Shown: positions 32,866-42,979 of the stretch, piece after piece
Layout: the number at the start of each line of letters is the position of its first letter
Position numbering within the stretch: the stretch's first letter is position 1
Origin: an uncultured Verrucomicrobiota bacterium
GTDB lineage: Bacteria > Verrucomicrobiota > Verrucomicrobiia > Verrucomicrobiales > V1-33
Assembly: GCA_942492905.1 (NCBI GenBank)
Contig: OW818657.1
Span: forward strand, 6,157,511-6,221,510
Direction: 5' to 3'
DNA: 64,000 bases
Position numbers and translations under genes: made by a program
Notes under the pieces: generated by a model
The model's database searches: none
Seen by the model: only the letters and a program-made list of their open reading frames with translations
What the model was told of the DNA's origin: nothing

Positions 32866-33783
32866 ATGCCGCTTCCTTCCTGGCTCATTCTGCTTTACAC
32901 GCTGCCAGCCTCTCAAGCGGCGGCGCGGCTCAGCTTTTGGCGGCAATTGAAGCGGCTGGGGGCCGTTGCCCTGAAAACTTCAGCCTATGTGCTGCCGCAA
33001 CGCCCGGAACAGGAGGAATCCCTGCAATGGCTGGCCCAGCAAATCCGGCAACAGGGCGGCGAAGCGACCCTGCTGCGGGCGGCACAGGTGGATACGCTGT
33101 CCGTCAATGAAGTGACAGACCTGTTTCAGTCTGCCAGAACCGCCGACTACGAGGAACTGCTGGCCGCCGCGGCTGCTCTCAAACCTCCCGGCGTCCGCCA
33201 GCCAGTGGAACCGGCGGAGGTGGAGCGGCTGAAAAAGCGGTTCCTCGCCATCAGGAAGATCGACTTCTTTGATTGTCCCGCCGCCGGCAAGGTGCGGCAG
33301 GCGCTGGAAGCACTGGCTCCGGCCAAGCCTTCCGTTAAGAAAAGCGGTCTGGTCAGGGTAGCCAACTATCAAGGCCGCACCTGGCAGACCCGGCCCCGCC
33401 CGGAATTGGACCGCATCGCCTCCGCCTGGTTGATCCGCCGCTTCGTTGACAAGGCCGCCGTCTTTGTCTTTGCGGCGGAGCGGACGCCTGACCGGGCGGG
33501 CGTGACCTTCGACATGGTGGATGCCGATTTCGGGCATGAAGGGGACGACTGCACGTTTGAGACCCTGGTGCGGCGGTTTTCGCTGAAGGCCCCGGGCCTG
33601 CCGGAGGTGGCGGAAATCGTCCACGCCGCCGACATTGAGGACGGTAAGTTTCCCCGCACGGAAGGTTCCGGCTTGCTGTGCGTGCTGCGGGGCTGGGCCC
33701 GGCAGGGCCTCGCCGATGAGGAGATCCTGCGGCGCGGCCTGGATCTCATGGACGGCCTCCACCTTTCCCTGACCGCCCCTTGA
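32866..33783 (+). CDS. chrB: Chromate resistance regulator ChrB
   Basis: WLILLYTLP..ARLSFWRQLKRLGA; WQTRPRPELDRIASAWLIRRFVD; FGHEGDDCTFE. Confidence 0.9.
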   Translation: MPLPSWLILLYTLPASQAAARLSFWRQLKRLGAVALKTSAYVLPQRPEQEESLQWLAQQIRQQGGEATLLRAAQVDTLSVNEVTDLFQSARTADYEELLAAAAALKPPGVRQPVEPAEVERLKKRFLAIRKIDFFDCPAAGKVRQALEALAPAKPSVKKSGLVRVANYQGRTWQTRPRPELDRIASAWLIRRFVDKAAVFVFAAERTPDRAGVTFDMVDADFGHEGDDCTFETLVRRFSLKAPGLPEVAEIVHAADIEDGKFPRTEGSGLLCVLRGWARQGLADEEILRRGLDLMDGLHLSLTAP

Positions 33784-33789
33784 TTTCCC

Positions 33790-35130
33790 ATGGACCCGCA
33801 GCCCGACCCCTCCTCCCGCCGCCCTGACTTTCCTTCGTTGAGGGAGGCGGTGCGTTATTGGTTCACCCTCGGTTGGATCAGCTTCGGCGGACCGGCGGGG
33901 CAGATCGCCATCATGCACAAGGAACTGGTGGAGAAGCGGCGGTGGATTTCCGAAAGTCATTTCATGCACGCGCTGAATTTCTGCATGTTGCTGCCGGGGC
34001 CGGAGGCGCAGCAACTGGCCACCTACCTCGGCTGGCGGATGCACGGCTGGCGGGGCGGGGTGGCGGCGGGGGCTTTGTTTGTGCTGCCCTCGGTATTCAT
34101 CCTCTTTGCCCTGAGCTGGCTCTACATGGCGGGCGGTCATCTGCCGTGGCTCGCGGCGATCTTTTATGGGCTGCTGCCTGCGGTGATCGCCGTGGTGGCG
34201 GAAGCCGTCCTCCGGATTGGCAAAAAGGCGCTGAAAAGCCCCGCCCTGTGGACGCTGGCGGCGTTGTCGTTTGTCGCCATATATCGTTACCAGGTCTCCT
34301 TCGTCTTCATTATCCTGGCAGCGGCGCTGACCGGCTGGATCGGCCACCGGCTGGCGCCCGGGCAGTTCCCCGCTGGAAAAGGCCACGGAGACAAGTCCGG
34401 GAATGATGACAGGGACTATCTGGCATTGCCGCCTTCCCCGCGCAGCACCTGGAAGCGCTCCGCCGGTGTCATCACACTGTGTCTTTTGTTATGGTGGACG
34501 CCCATTCTGGCCTTGGGGGCCTGGCTGGGCTGGCAGAGCACGGGGTTTGCCCAGGGCGTGTTTTTCAGCAAGGCGGCGCTGGTCACCTTTGGCGGAGCCT
34601 ATGCCGTGCTCCCTTACGTGGCCCAGCAGGCGGTGGAGAAATACGGCTGGCTGTCCCATCCGCAGATGATGAGCGGCCTGGGCCTGGCGGAAACCACGCC
34701 GGGACCGCTCATCATGGTGCTGCAATTTGTCGGGTTTGTCGGCGGCTGGCAGTTCCCCGGCTCCCTCAGTCCGCTGGCGGGGGCCACCGTGGGGGCGCTG
34801 ATTACCACTTGGGCGACCTTCATCCCGTGCTTCCTCTTTGTGTTCCTCGGCGCTCCCCAGGTGGAGCGTCTGCGGGAGCAGCCCCGGCTGGGTGCCGCGC
34901 TGACAGCGATCACTGCCGCCGTGGTGGGAGTGATTCTGAACCTCGGGGTCAAATTCGCGGAACATGCTCTTTGGCCGTCCCCGTTTTTGAAATTCGATTG
35001 GTTCGTGGCGTCGGTGGCTTTGGCGGCATTTGTCGCCATGCAGAAGTTCAAAATCGGATTGATGCCAACCATCGGCGCGTGTGCCGTTTTAGGGTTGGTG
35101 TGGCGATTCTATGGCGCCTCTCCTTATTGA
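33790..35130 (+). CDS. chrA: Chromate efflux transporter ChrA (long-chain), island copy
   Basis: SFGGPAGQIA, LPGPEAQQ, TFGGAY, ETTPGPLI. Confidence 0.95.
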   Translation: MDPQPDPSSRRPDFPSLREAVRYWFTLGWISFGGPAGQIAIMHKELVEKRRWISESHFMHALNFCMLLPGPEAQQLATYLGWRMHGWRGGVAAGALFVLPSVFILFALSWLYMAGGHLPWLAAIFYGLLPAVIAVVAEAVLRIGKKALKSPALWTLAALSFVAIYRYQVSFVFIILAAALTGWIGHRLAPGQFPAGKGHGDKSGNDDRDYLALPPSPRSTWKRSAGVITLCLLLWWTPILALGAWLGWQSTGFAQGVFFSKAALVTFGGAYAVLPYVAQQAVEKYGWLSHPQMMSGLGLAETTPGPLIMVLQFVGFVGGWQFPGSLSPLAGATVGALITTWATFIPCFLFVFLGAPQVERLREQPRLGAALTAITAAVVGVILNLGVKFAEHALWPSPFLKFDWFVASVALAAFVAMQKFKIGLMPTIGACAVLGLVWRFYGASPY

Positions 35131-35271
35131 TTCCTTGGTGGGGCAGGTTGTCCAATGTGATTCACCTTAGGGCGCCTCAGCAGCTGGAGGGGGGTGACTC
35201 TTGGGAAGATAGGCCGGTGGCTTATTCTCCGCCGAGGAGATGCCCCCAAGCGCAGACCTTCAGGCTGCATG

Positions 35272-35642
35272 TCACCAAACGTCCACCAGCGCATCAGAAT
35301 CACGCGCCAGCTCTCTCCCTTCCGGCCAGACAAGTGCCACCGCCCACACGGCCGTCCGCGCCCGCATGAGATCCCCTGCGGCGCACTGGGCCAGTGCATG
35401 TGCCAAGTGAAATCGCCCGACAATATCCCGGTGCCGCGGCTTCAGTCGGACCAATTTGGCTGGCCAACTCAGTCCCCATTTCCCACCGCTCCCACCCTTG
35501 GCAGATCATGACTCGAACAGCACGCACCGCAGGCTTTCACCTGGTCGGGAAGAAGCAAGTTATCAAGAACTCCCCACGCATCCTCATAAAGCCCGAGGAA
35601 CGCCAGGCCCTCCGCTTCATCGATGAGCCGCGCTGCTGTCAT
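35272..35642 (-). pseudogene. TPR-like helical protein broken by two +1 frameshifts
   Basis: Three consecutive frames give MTAARLIDEAEGLAFLGLYEDAWGVLDNL / PAVRAVRVMICQGWERWEMGTELASQI / HRDIVGRFHLAHALAQCAAGD...VW*; length 371 = 3n+2. Confidence 0.6.
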
Positions 35643-35776
35643 GTTTCCACCGATATTGCTGCAGGAATCACACGTCCATGGCCCAGGCGACCGGGGCAAG
35701 GGAAATGCCCCCAACTCCAGCGAAGGACTGGTCATGCTAAACCGGGCATTTCCCGTGAATTGAGGTAACATGGGAC

Positions 35777-36358
35777 ATGCGCCCATCACTCCTCTGCCGG
35801 GAACGTCTGGAACGGATTCAGCGAATTCTTGAGCGAGCCGCCAGGGAACCAGTTACCGTCCGGGAATTCACCAGAACATACGGCGTTGGGAAAAGGGAAC
35901 TGGAGCAGGCCGCGGAGCTTGGCTGGGTAGAAATCATCATTATAAAGCCGCGCACCGGTCGCCCTTCGCCCGCCGTGAAACTCCGGGAACACAGCGAAAC
36001 CCAGTCAGCGAAACTCCCCCCTCCCCGTAGATTCATTGAGAAGTTGATTAGCTGCCGACACTTCAATTTTGCCTTGGCGTCCACCTGTAACGCCGTGAAG
36101 CGCGGCCACAGCTATTTCTTCCACACGCCGACCTACACGCAAGCCTACCTGAAGAGCTTCCCCAAGGCCCGGAAGCGCCATGCCGCCACCAGCAGCATGA
36201 GCCGGCTTTTGAAACACCCCGATGTAAAAGCCGCCCGCGCATGGTTCTATGCAAAAATAAATCAGGAAATCCCTCGCGAGGAATCCATGCCCCCAACCAG
36301 GCAAGCGATCCGCCGCCGCCTCTTTGAAGCTGGCAGCCGGTTTGCTTGGCGATGCTGA
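35777..36358 (+). CDS. Hypothetical DNA-binding protein (HTH-like N-terminus; TerS-like helical motif in the C-terminal half)
   Basis: TVREFTRTYGVGKRELEQAAELGWVEI; YTQAYLKSFP...AATSSMSRLLKHPDV. Confidence 0.6.
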   Translation: MRPSLLCRERLERIQRILERAAREPVTVREFTRTYGVGKRELEQAAELGWVEIIIIKPRTGRPSPAVKLREHSETQSAKLPPPRRFIEKLISCRHFNFALASTCNAVKRGHSYFFHTPTYTQAYLKSFPKARKRHAATSSMSRLLKHPDVKAARAWFYAKINQEIPREESMPPTRQAIRRRLFEAGSRFAWRC

Positions 36359-36432
36359 GAACCCCAAGAAGCAACCCGTGGGACTGTCGGGGTTTGTCGG
36401 GGTTTATTCCGTGGGAATTGAACCTTACCGAC

Positions 36433-36921
36433 TTACCTCCGGGAGGTTTTAGCGCCCGTGAGTTCAGCCAACAAACCGACGAGCCCCCCGGGAGCCTCGA
36501 CTTTTTCCGGCTCATACCAGCCGGCCATTTTGATCAGCTTTTCCACGGCATCCAGCTTCGAGGGCATCCGGCAACGGTAAGAGGTGCCCCACGTGCTGGT
36601 GGTCTCAGAGTACTCCTGGCAGAGCTCGTGCGATTCTTTGACCTCGCCGACGGGTGTTTGCATGATGGCCACCAAATAACGCGCAATCGTCTCCCGACGC
36701 ACCCCGAGACGGTTCTCCAAGACCTTCGCAAATTCCCCCCGCAGCTCCCGAACCCTCAGCATAACCTTGGCATCAGCCATCAGTCGCGAGGCATTCGACA
36801 TACAGGTTTCCGTGGTCGAACGTGACTCAGCGACGTGTTCGCGGTAGGCTTTGGCGGCAGAGGCCCCTTCAGCCACGGCTTCCGCAAAAGCCTCGTGTCT
36901 TGGATTGTCGAGAACTGGCAC
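36433..36921 (-). CDS. terS: Terminase small subunit
   Basis: GTG start MPVLDNPRHEAFAEAVAEGASAAKAYRE...NASRLMADAKVMLRVREL; C-terminal MPSKLDAVEKLIKMAGWY. Confidence 0.8.
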   Translation of the reverse strand: MPVLDNPRHEAFAEAVAEGASAAKAYREHVAESRSTTETCMSNASRLMADAKVMLRVRELRGEFAKVLENRLGVRRETIARYLVAIMQTPVGEVKESHELCQEYSETTSTWGTSYRCRMPSKLDAVEKLIKMAGWYEPEKVEAPGGLVGLLAELTGAKTSRR

Positions 36922-37130
36922 GAGGTCACGGTGGGTTACCAAATTCTAAATACTCAAGACGAATTCAGCGGCGGCCGGCCGGCTTTGCCCGTGTGGAACT
37001 TGCGCGGCAACCTTACTTCCATGAGTCCCGATTGATGGTAATCACCAGCCCGGGGTCTGTCGCCTCCCACACCAAGCGTACTTGATATTACTATTGTGCT
37101 GCCCTGAGATTTGCCACTAGTCTGATCAAA

Positions 37131-38051
37131 ATGGCATCTGAGTCCCCACTAAGTTTTCCAATGGATCTGAAACAACTGCAATCCTATTTAAAGATTGGCA
37201 AGCTGCTGATAAAGGTCATTAGTCCCCTAAAAGAGAAGATCACGCACGCGATACACTGGGAAACGACACGCCAAATGCACCATGGCTGTATCCATGCTAT
37301 ACGGCGATTCAGCACAGTTACCAGATCGCGTGGACCTGATCACTGGGACACCGAGCCAGTTACCGAAGGCATCAGAGAGTTGGCCTCCCATCTTCTTCAT
37401 GTTCCTAAGCAAAAGCTCCACGTTACTTTAAAGCTCATTGCACCAACAGGGGGCAACCCTGCCGACCTGACGGTTTCAACTTTAGGCCGGACAGGCGCCT
37501 CAAGCCGGCCAGAAGATGCCGGGGATTCTGCTTTGAACCGGGTGGGCAACAACTCGGACTTCGCTTCGCTTCTTGGCTGTTCAGATGGCGTCACGGACTG
37601 GAAACGTGCATACAACGTTTTTCACTGTCCCAATCTAGAGAAAAGGCAGAAATATTGCTGTAGCCGAACGAACTTTCTGGATTTTTACCGAACTAGTCTG
37701 GTTTTCCCCCTTCGTGTTGAAGTTTTGAATTCCAATCAAACCGAGACGTTCGGGTTTGTTACTATCGATTCCATGTCAGCGAATATCTTTTCTCTGCCCG
37801 ATATTTTTGATTTCGGCGGTGACAAGCTGGATGAATACGCTACAATCATCGACGCAAGTTGCTTGATTCACGCTATCGCCACAGTCGTAGACACACTGGC
37901 CATGATCATGCGATCCGGTTGGGGCGCCAACAAGACAGCCCACCCCCGAAAAGTTTCCCGCCCAGCACTACCAGCCAATCCAACACCCAATGTCACAACA
38001 AAACACATCAAGCAAAAGGCTCTCAGGCAACGCCGCACAGGGGGCGATTAA
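37131..38051 (+). CDS. Hypothetical lower-GC protein with a GAF-like domain
   Basis: NSDFASL...FHCPNL...FYRTSLVFPLRV...FGFVTIDS pattern resembles a GAF sheet. Confidence 0.65.
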   Translation: MASESPLSFPMDLKQLQSYLKIGKLLIKVISPLKEKITHAIHWETTRQMHHGCIHAIRRFSTVTRSRGPDHWDTEPVTEGIRELASHLLHVPKQKLHVTLKLIAPTGGNPADLTVSTLGRTGASSRPEDAGDSALNRVGNNSDFASLLGCSDGVTDWKRAYNVFHCPNLEKRQKYCCSRTNFLDFYRTSLVFPLRVEVLNSNQTETFGFVTIDSMSANIFSLPDIFDFGGDKLDEYATIIDASCLIHAIATVVDTLAMIMRSGWGANKTAHPRKVSRPALPANPTPNVTTKHIKQKALRQRRTGGD

Positions 38052-38176
38052 GCGAAGTACAGTCGCGTCGCCCGTGCCAATGAATATTATCAACTCGATG
38101 CAAAAGGCATACGGGACTACAAAGAGTAGCGCCAACGCCCCAGCAACAGAGCGACGATAAGTCCTCTGAAAAAACC

Positions 38177-38214
38177 AAAACCCGCCTTTTCCGCAGTGAT
38201 TTGGCGGGTTTTTT
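38177..38214. terminator. Terminator-like hairpin
   Basis: AAAACCCGCC-16 nt-GGCGGGTTTTTT. Confidence 0.5.
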
Positions 38215-38518
38215 GTGCCCAAATTTTCGGTTCCGGCCGTAGCTGAGGAGGATATGCCGGCTTGGTTGGTGGTGCCAACAGAGCCCCGCGGGCATGAAAA
38301 CCGGTGATTTATGGTAAAGCGCCCCTCATAAAACCCGAACCTTTCCGTCAGTCCAGCCCCATGAATTCCACCGGGCCGGGGCGCCGCCGTTTGATGCCAC
38401 CCCGGGAGACGGTGAACGTCTCTGGAAAGCGTATCAGAGTTCGCAAAGAGTTTTTAACGTACCACCATGCCAACGGAGGACAGAGGGCCTGCGGACGGCA
38501 GCGCACCAACCCAGACAT

Positions 38519-38538
38519 GTTCTTAGATTCGTTCTTGG
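38519..38538 (+). promoter_or_regulatory. Putative integrase arm-type binding sites (right)
   Basis: GTTCTTAG (38519-38526) and GTTCTTGG (38531-38538), 12-bp period. Confidence 0.6.
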
Positions 38539-38577
38539 CTCTCTCGGACCGAATTGATAATCCCTTGAAAATCAAGG

Positions 38578-38654
38578 TGGTCGGGGCGGCCAGATTCGAA
38601 CTGACGACTTCTTGCTCCCAAAGCAAGCGCTCTACCAAGCTGAGCTACGCCCCG
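38578..38654 (-). tRNA. tRNA-Pro(TGG), integration target
   Basis: CGGGGCGTAGCTCAGCTTGGTAGAGCGCTTGCTTTGGGAGCAAGAAGTCGTCAGTTCGAATCTGGCCGCCCCGACCA; 77 nt, encoded CCA. Confidence 0.98.
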
Positions 38655-38760
38655 TAATGCCAATTTGGCAGAGCGGCACCATGCCGCCCCAAAACGGGCA
38701 CGCAACCGGAATTCCTGCTTCGTGAAAGATCGTTCCCCGGAAACCCGTCCCCGCTGGTCT

Positions 38761-39676
38761 ATGATCCACTTCCGATCCCTTGCTTTTTTCGTGTTCAGTC
38801 TGGTGCTGCCCGGCGTGTCTGCCTTGGCGCAGGAGAAATACCAGGAACCCGATTATCCGGCGCCACCCGAGGCGGAGCTCCTGCCCGGCGTGCCGGAAGG
38901 CACCATCCAACGCTTTACCTTTGCCAGCAAGGAAGGGGTCTTTCCCGGCACCATCCGCCGCTATTGGGTCTACGTGCCGAAGCAATATGAGGCCGCCAAA
39001 CCGGCCGCGCTGATGGTTTTCCAGGACGGCCATTCCTACGTGGGACCGCAAAGGGCAATTCCGTTCGCCCACGGTGATGGACAACCTGATTGCCAAGGGG
39101 GAAATGCCGGTGACCATCGGAGTCTTCATCAATCCGGGAGTTTTTGCCGATAGCCTGCCCGAAGGAGACGGCTGGAACCTGCCGAAGGGCCTGAGGAGCA
39201 ACCGCTCGGTGGAATACGATACCCCTGGTCCAGCCTACGTGACTTTCCTCGAAAAGGAACTCCTGCCGGAAGTTTCAAAAACCTGGCAGATCACCGCGGA
39301 CCCAGACCAACGGGCCATCTGCGGGATCAGCAGCGGCGGCATCTGCGCCTTCACCGCGGCGTGGGAACGGCCGGATCTTTTCCGCAAGGTGATGAGCCAC
39401 GTGGGCAGTTTCACGGATATCCGCGGCGGTTATATCTATCCGGCGCTGATCCGCAAAACGGAGCCGGTCAAACCCCTGCGGGTCTTCCTCCAGGACGGGG
39501 CGAAGGATCTCGACAACAAATTCGGTAACTGGCCGCTCGCCAACCAGCAGATGGCGAACAGCCTCGCCTTCAGGAAATACGATCACCAATTCGTCTTCTC
39601 CCCGGACAGCGCCCACAGCGGGAAATTCGGCGGCTCGGTCCTGCCGGATTCCATGCGCTGGCTCTGGCGAAAATGA
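38761..39676 (+). pseudogene. Enterochelin-esterase-like hydrolase with a single +1 frameshift (pseudogene or sequencing error)
   Basis: YWVYVP..LMVFQDG in one frame; VMDNLIAKGEMP, GISSGG, VFLQDG in the next. Removing C39049 gives YVGPKGQFRSPTVMDN. Confidence 0.75.
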
Positions 39677-39709
39677 GCCGGCGTGCGGCGCCCGCCTGAC
39701 ACTCCGGCT

Positions 39710-40531
39710 TCAGGCCTCAAAGACTTCGTGCAAATATGACAGGCTCAGGTCGGCGATGGTATCGGCGTCCGGGGTGTAATCGAAGACTTCCACGCTGACC
39801 CAGCGGTCATAACCGGTGGCCCGCAGGGCTTCGACAATGGGTTCATACAGCACCGTTCCCTGGCCAGGGCCCTTCAGGTTGGGGTCGTTGGCGTGGAAAT
39901 GGACGGTGTCCGCCATGCTGGCCCGGATGATGTCAGGAATCGGCGTGGCTTCATCACTCATCGCTTTCACATCCAGATGCAGACGGCAGGCCGGATGATC
40001 CACCAGCCGCAGCAGCTTGATGGTTTCCTCCGCCGTGGTGAGGAAATTCGTTTCCTTCCGCGCCAGCGGCTCCATGGCCAGCGTGACCCCAAGCGGCCCG
40101 GCCGTTTCGGAAATGGTGCGCAGGACTTCAGCCGCGCGGGCGGCGGTCTCGTCCCAGGAAACGCCGTCTTCGAGATGGCGTTGTTTCGGACTGCCCCAGA
40201 CCATGATATTACCTCCCATCGCCGCGCACAGGCGGGCGAGGTGGCAGCCGAAAGCCGCGGTGCGGTCGCGCACGAATTTGTCGGCGGTGGTGAGGTGCAT
40301 CCCCGGTGGTTGGACCAGCAGCCAGTGCAGGCCCACCACTTCCAGGCCATGCTTCCGGGTGACCTTGCCAATCTCTATCGCTTCGGCTTCGGTCAGGTCG
40401 GCGGGGTTCGGGTTCAGGGTGAAGGGAGCGATTTCCACCCCGTCGTAGCCGTGGGCGGCGATGTGCTCACAGACGAGATCATGCGTCCACTCGGGACCCT
40501 GCCAGGTTTCGTTGCAGATGGAAAATTTCAT
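39710..40531 (-). CDS. Sugar phosphate isomerase/epimerase (xylose isomerase-like TIM barrel)
   Basis: [37 protein letters not shown]. Confidence 0.9.
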   Translation of the reverse strand: MKFSICNETWQGPEWTHDLVCEHIAAHGYDGVEIAPFTLNPNPADLTEAEAIEIGKVTRKHGLEVVGLHWLLVQPPGMHLTTADKFVRDRTAAFGCHLARLCAAMGGNIMVWGSPKQRHLEDGVSWDETAARAAEVLRTISETAGPLGVTLAMEPLARKETNFLTTAEETIKLLRLVDHPACRLHLDVKAMSDEATPIPDIIRASMADTVHFHANDPNLKGPGQGTVLYEPIVEALRATGYDRWVSVEVFDYTPDADTIADLSLSYLHEVFEA

Positions 40532-40667
40532 GGAGGAAATGGTAGGAAAACGTCAAACCATGGCGGCGGCACCGGTAGGGAGCAACCGCCGGGAAGCCTG
40601 GGGATTCCGGTTGCGTTCCGGCACCCGTCCGGGAGTTTCAAGGCCCCATTTTCCGCCCTTCCGACTT

Positions 40668-41552
40668 ATGCCAGACGCTCCCCGCCAACTCAAACTCGGC
40701 CTGCCCAGTGGCAGCCTGCAGGAACCGACCCTCGCCCTTCTCGCCCGCGCTGGCTTCAGCGTTTCCGGCGCGTCCCGCAGTTACCGCCCCGCCGTGGACG
40801 ACCCGGAACTCGAAATCCGCCTGCTCCGCGCCCAGGAAATCGGCCGTTATGTGGACCATGGGTTCCTCGATGCCGGCATTACGGGCCGCGACTGGATCAT
40901 CGAAAATGACGCCAAGGTCGAATACATCTGCGAATTGCCCTACAGCCGGTCCACCCCCCGCCCGACCCGCTGGGTGCTCGTAGTGCCGGAGGATTCGCCT
41001 ATCCAGACGGTGCACGACCTGCAGGGTAAACGCATCGCCGCCGAGGCGGTCGGCCTGACCAAACGCTATCTGGAATCCAAGGGCGTCCAGGCGGAAGTGG
41101 AGTTCTCCTGGGGTGCCACCGAGGTGAAAGTCCCGGAATTGGTCGACGCCATCGTGGATATCACCGAGACCGGTTCCAGCCTGCGTGCCAACCGCCTCCG
41201 CATTGTGGATACCCTCCTGGAGAGTTACCCGCAATTCGTCGCCAGCCCCGCCGCCATGGCCGATCCCTGGAAGGCAGATAAAATTGCCCGCATCGCCATG
41301 CTCCTCAAAGGAGCGCTGGATGCCCGGGGCAAGGTCGGTCTGAAAATGAACCTTCCCAGCAACCGGGTCAAAGCGCTGGTCGAAGCCCTCCCCAGCCTGC
41401 GCCGCCCCACCATTTCCCCGCTCTATGACAGCGACTGGGTCAGCGTGGAAACCGTGATTGATGAATCCATCGTCCGGGAGATCATCCCGCAGCTCAAAGC
41501 GCTCGGAGCCGAGGGTATCATCGAGTATCCGCTGAACAAATTGGTGCATTGA
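40668..41552 (+). CDS. hisG: ATP phosphoribosyltransferase, long form
   Basis: [45 protein letters not shown]. Confidence 0.96.
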   Translation: MPDAPRQLKLGLPSGSLQEPTLALLARAGFSVSGASRSYRPAVDDPELEIRLLRAQEIGRYVDHGFLDAGITGRDWIIENDAKVEYICELPYSRSTPRPTRWVLVVPEDSPIQTVHDLQGKRIAAEAVGLTKRYLESKGVQAEVEFSWGATEVKVPELVDAIVDITETGSSLRANRLRIVDTLLESYPQFVASPAAMADPWKADKIARIAMLLKGALDARGKVGLKMNLPSNRVKALVEALPSLRRPTISPLYDSDWVSVETVIDESIVREIIPQLKALGAEGIIEYPLNKLVH

Positions 41553-41647
41553 GCTCCGCCGGAATGATTTTCCGGAACCCTTTGCCTTCGCTGGCATTTC
41601 CATAAACTCCCGGTTATGCTGTGGACGCTCCCTTGACCGCTGAAATT

Positions 41648-42496
41648 ATGAACCGTGTTCGTTCCACTTTCCTTACTGCCATCCTCCTCGCTGGCGGGGC
41701 TCCTGTGCTGATTGCGCAAACTGAAAAACCCGCCACGCCCACGGCGGCGGTGCCCGTGGACAAGGGCGGCGGAGAGCTGGATCTTTCCAAATTCCCCGGC
41801 CAGGTGATCGATGAAGTCATCGTCCCGGTGCCCAGCGAAATCTTCACGGTCCTCGACAAACTGGGCGACCCCGACTGGAAAGCGGAAGTCAGCACCACGC
41901 CCAAGCCCAGCTTCAGCGAGCGCACCGATGTCGCCCTGCTCCTGGGAGCCACCGTCGCGGATGGCTTTATCGCCGTGCAGGCCGAGGATAAAACGTCCGT
42001 CACCGACGTGGGCCGCAATGTCCTTAGCCTTGCCCAGGCCCTCGGGGTCAAGGACGATGTCATCCGGCATTGCCAGGCGATCGACGACGCCGCCAATGCC
42101 ACCAAGTGGGACGTGGTCCGCCAGGAACTGGATGCCACCCAGGCCACCGTCCGTGCCAAGATGCAGCAGATGCACGACGGGGCCCTCGCCGAATGCATTT
42201 CGGTCGGCGGATGGTTGCGCGGCACCCAGGTGATCACCGCGGTGATCGGCAAACAATGGAGCGCTGAACGGGCGGAATTGCTTTACCAACCAGACCTCGC
42301 GGAATACTTCAACGACGCCTTGGAAGAGATGCTGGTGAAGGCCAAAAACCCTGCCAAACTCAAGGACATCGCCGATGGCTTGTCCCGTGTGCGCGAACTG
42401 ATGGACAACGGAGGCGGGGATATCACTTCCGCCGCTGTCACCGAGATGAATACCGTCACCGCGGGTCTGGTGAAAAAGATCATCACCAAGCCATGA
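41648..42496 (+). CDS. Hypothetical exported helical protein
   Basis: Signal peptide, host-like codon usage. Confidence 0.75.
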   Translation: MNRVRSTFLTAILLAGGAPVLIAQTEKPATPTAAVPVDKGGGELDLSKFPGQVIDEVIVPVPSEIFTVLDKLGDPDWKAEVSTTPKPSFSERTDVALLLGATVADGFIAVQAEDKTSVTDVGRNVLSLAQALGVKDDVIRHCQAIDDAANATKWDVVRQELDATQATVRAKMQQMHDGALAECISVGGWLRGTQVITAVIGKQWSAERAELLYQPDLAEYFNDALEEMLVKAKNPAKLKDIADGLSRVRELMDNGGGDITSAAVTEMNTVTAGLVKKIITKP

Positions 42497-42957
42497 AGCC
42501 GCCCCGCCTCCCCAACTTTTCTCCCGCCATGAGCCGCTTCACCCTTTTCCTCGCTGCCCTCCTCTTCACCGCCGTCCTCCCGGTCCAGGCGGTGGTGGAC
42601 GACTCCCACTCCGCCGCCATGGAGGCCGCCGTGCCCGCCGTGAAGGAGGGATTCAAAATCCGTCAGGAATACTGGAACGGCACCATGAAGAGCGGCGATA
42701 AAAAGATCGTCAAACAACAACTCTTCAAAGGCAACGAATACTGGTTTTTCCTCGGCACCGACGCCGAAAAAGCCACCCTCAAAATCGACATTTTCGACCG
42801 CAAGGGCACCAAGATCAACGTGGAGACCAAACTCTCGGAAAACGCCGCCGCCGTCCGGGTGCTGGCCCCGGCCACCGGCACCTACGTGGTGGTTTTCAGT
42901 CTCACCAGCAAGGAAGGCGAGGACATCCCCTGGGCGCTGGCCTATGGTTATCGCTGA
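42493..42957 (+). CDS. Hypothetical exported beta-sandwich-like protein
   Basis: Coupled to the previous gene; signal peptide (alt. start 42529); PATGTYVVV motif. Confidence 0.7.
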   Translation: MKPPRLPNFSPAMSRFTLFLAALLFTAVLPVQAVVDDSHSAAMEAAVPAVKEGFKIRQEYWNGTMKSGDKKIVKQQLFKGNEYWFFLGTDAEKATLKIDIFDRKGTKINVETKLSENAAAVRVLAPATGTYVVVFSLTSKEGEDIPWALAYGYR

Positions 42958-42979
42958 GCCCGGTCCGCCCGCCACGGAA

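Noticed and set aside
37968-38222. Small minus-strand hydrophobic ORF near att
   Set aside because: It overlaps the GAF-like gene end and the terminator hairpin; no supporting motif or RBS.
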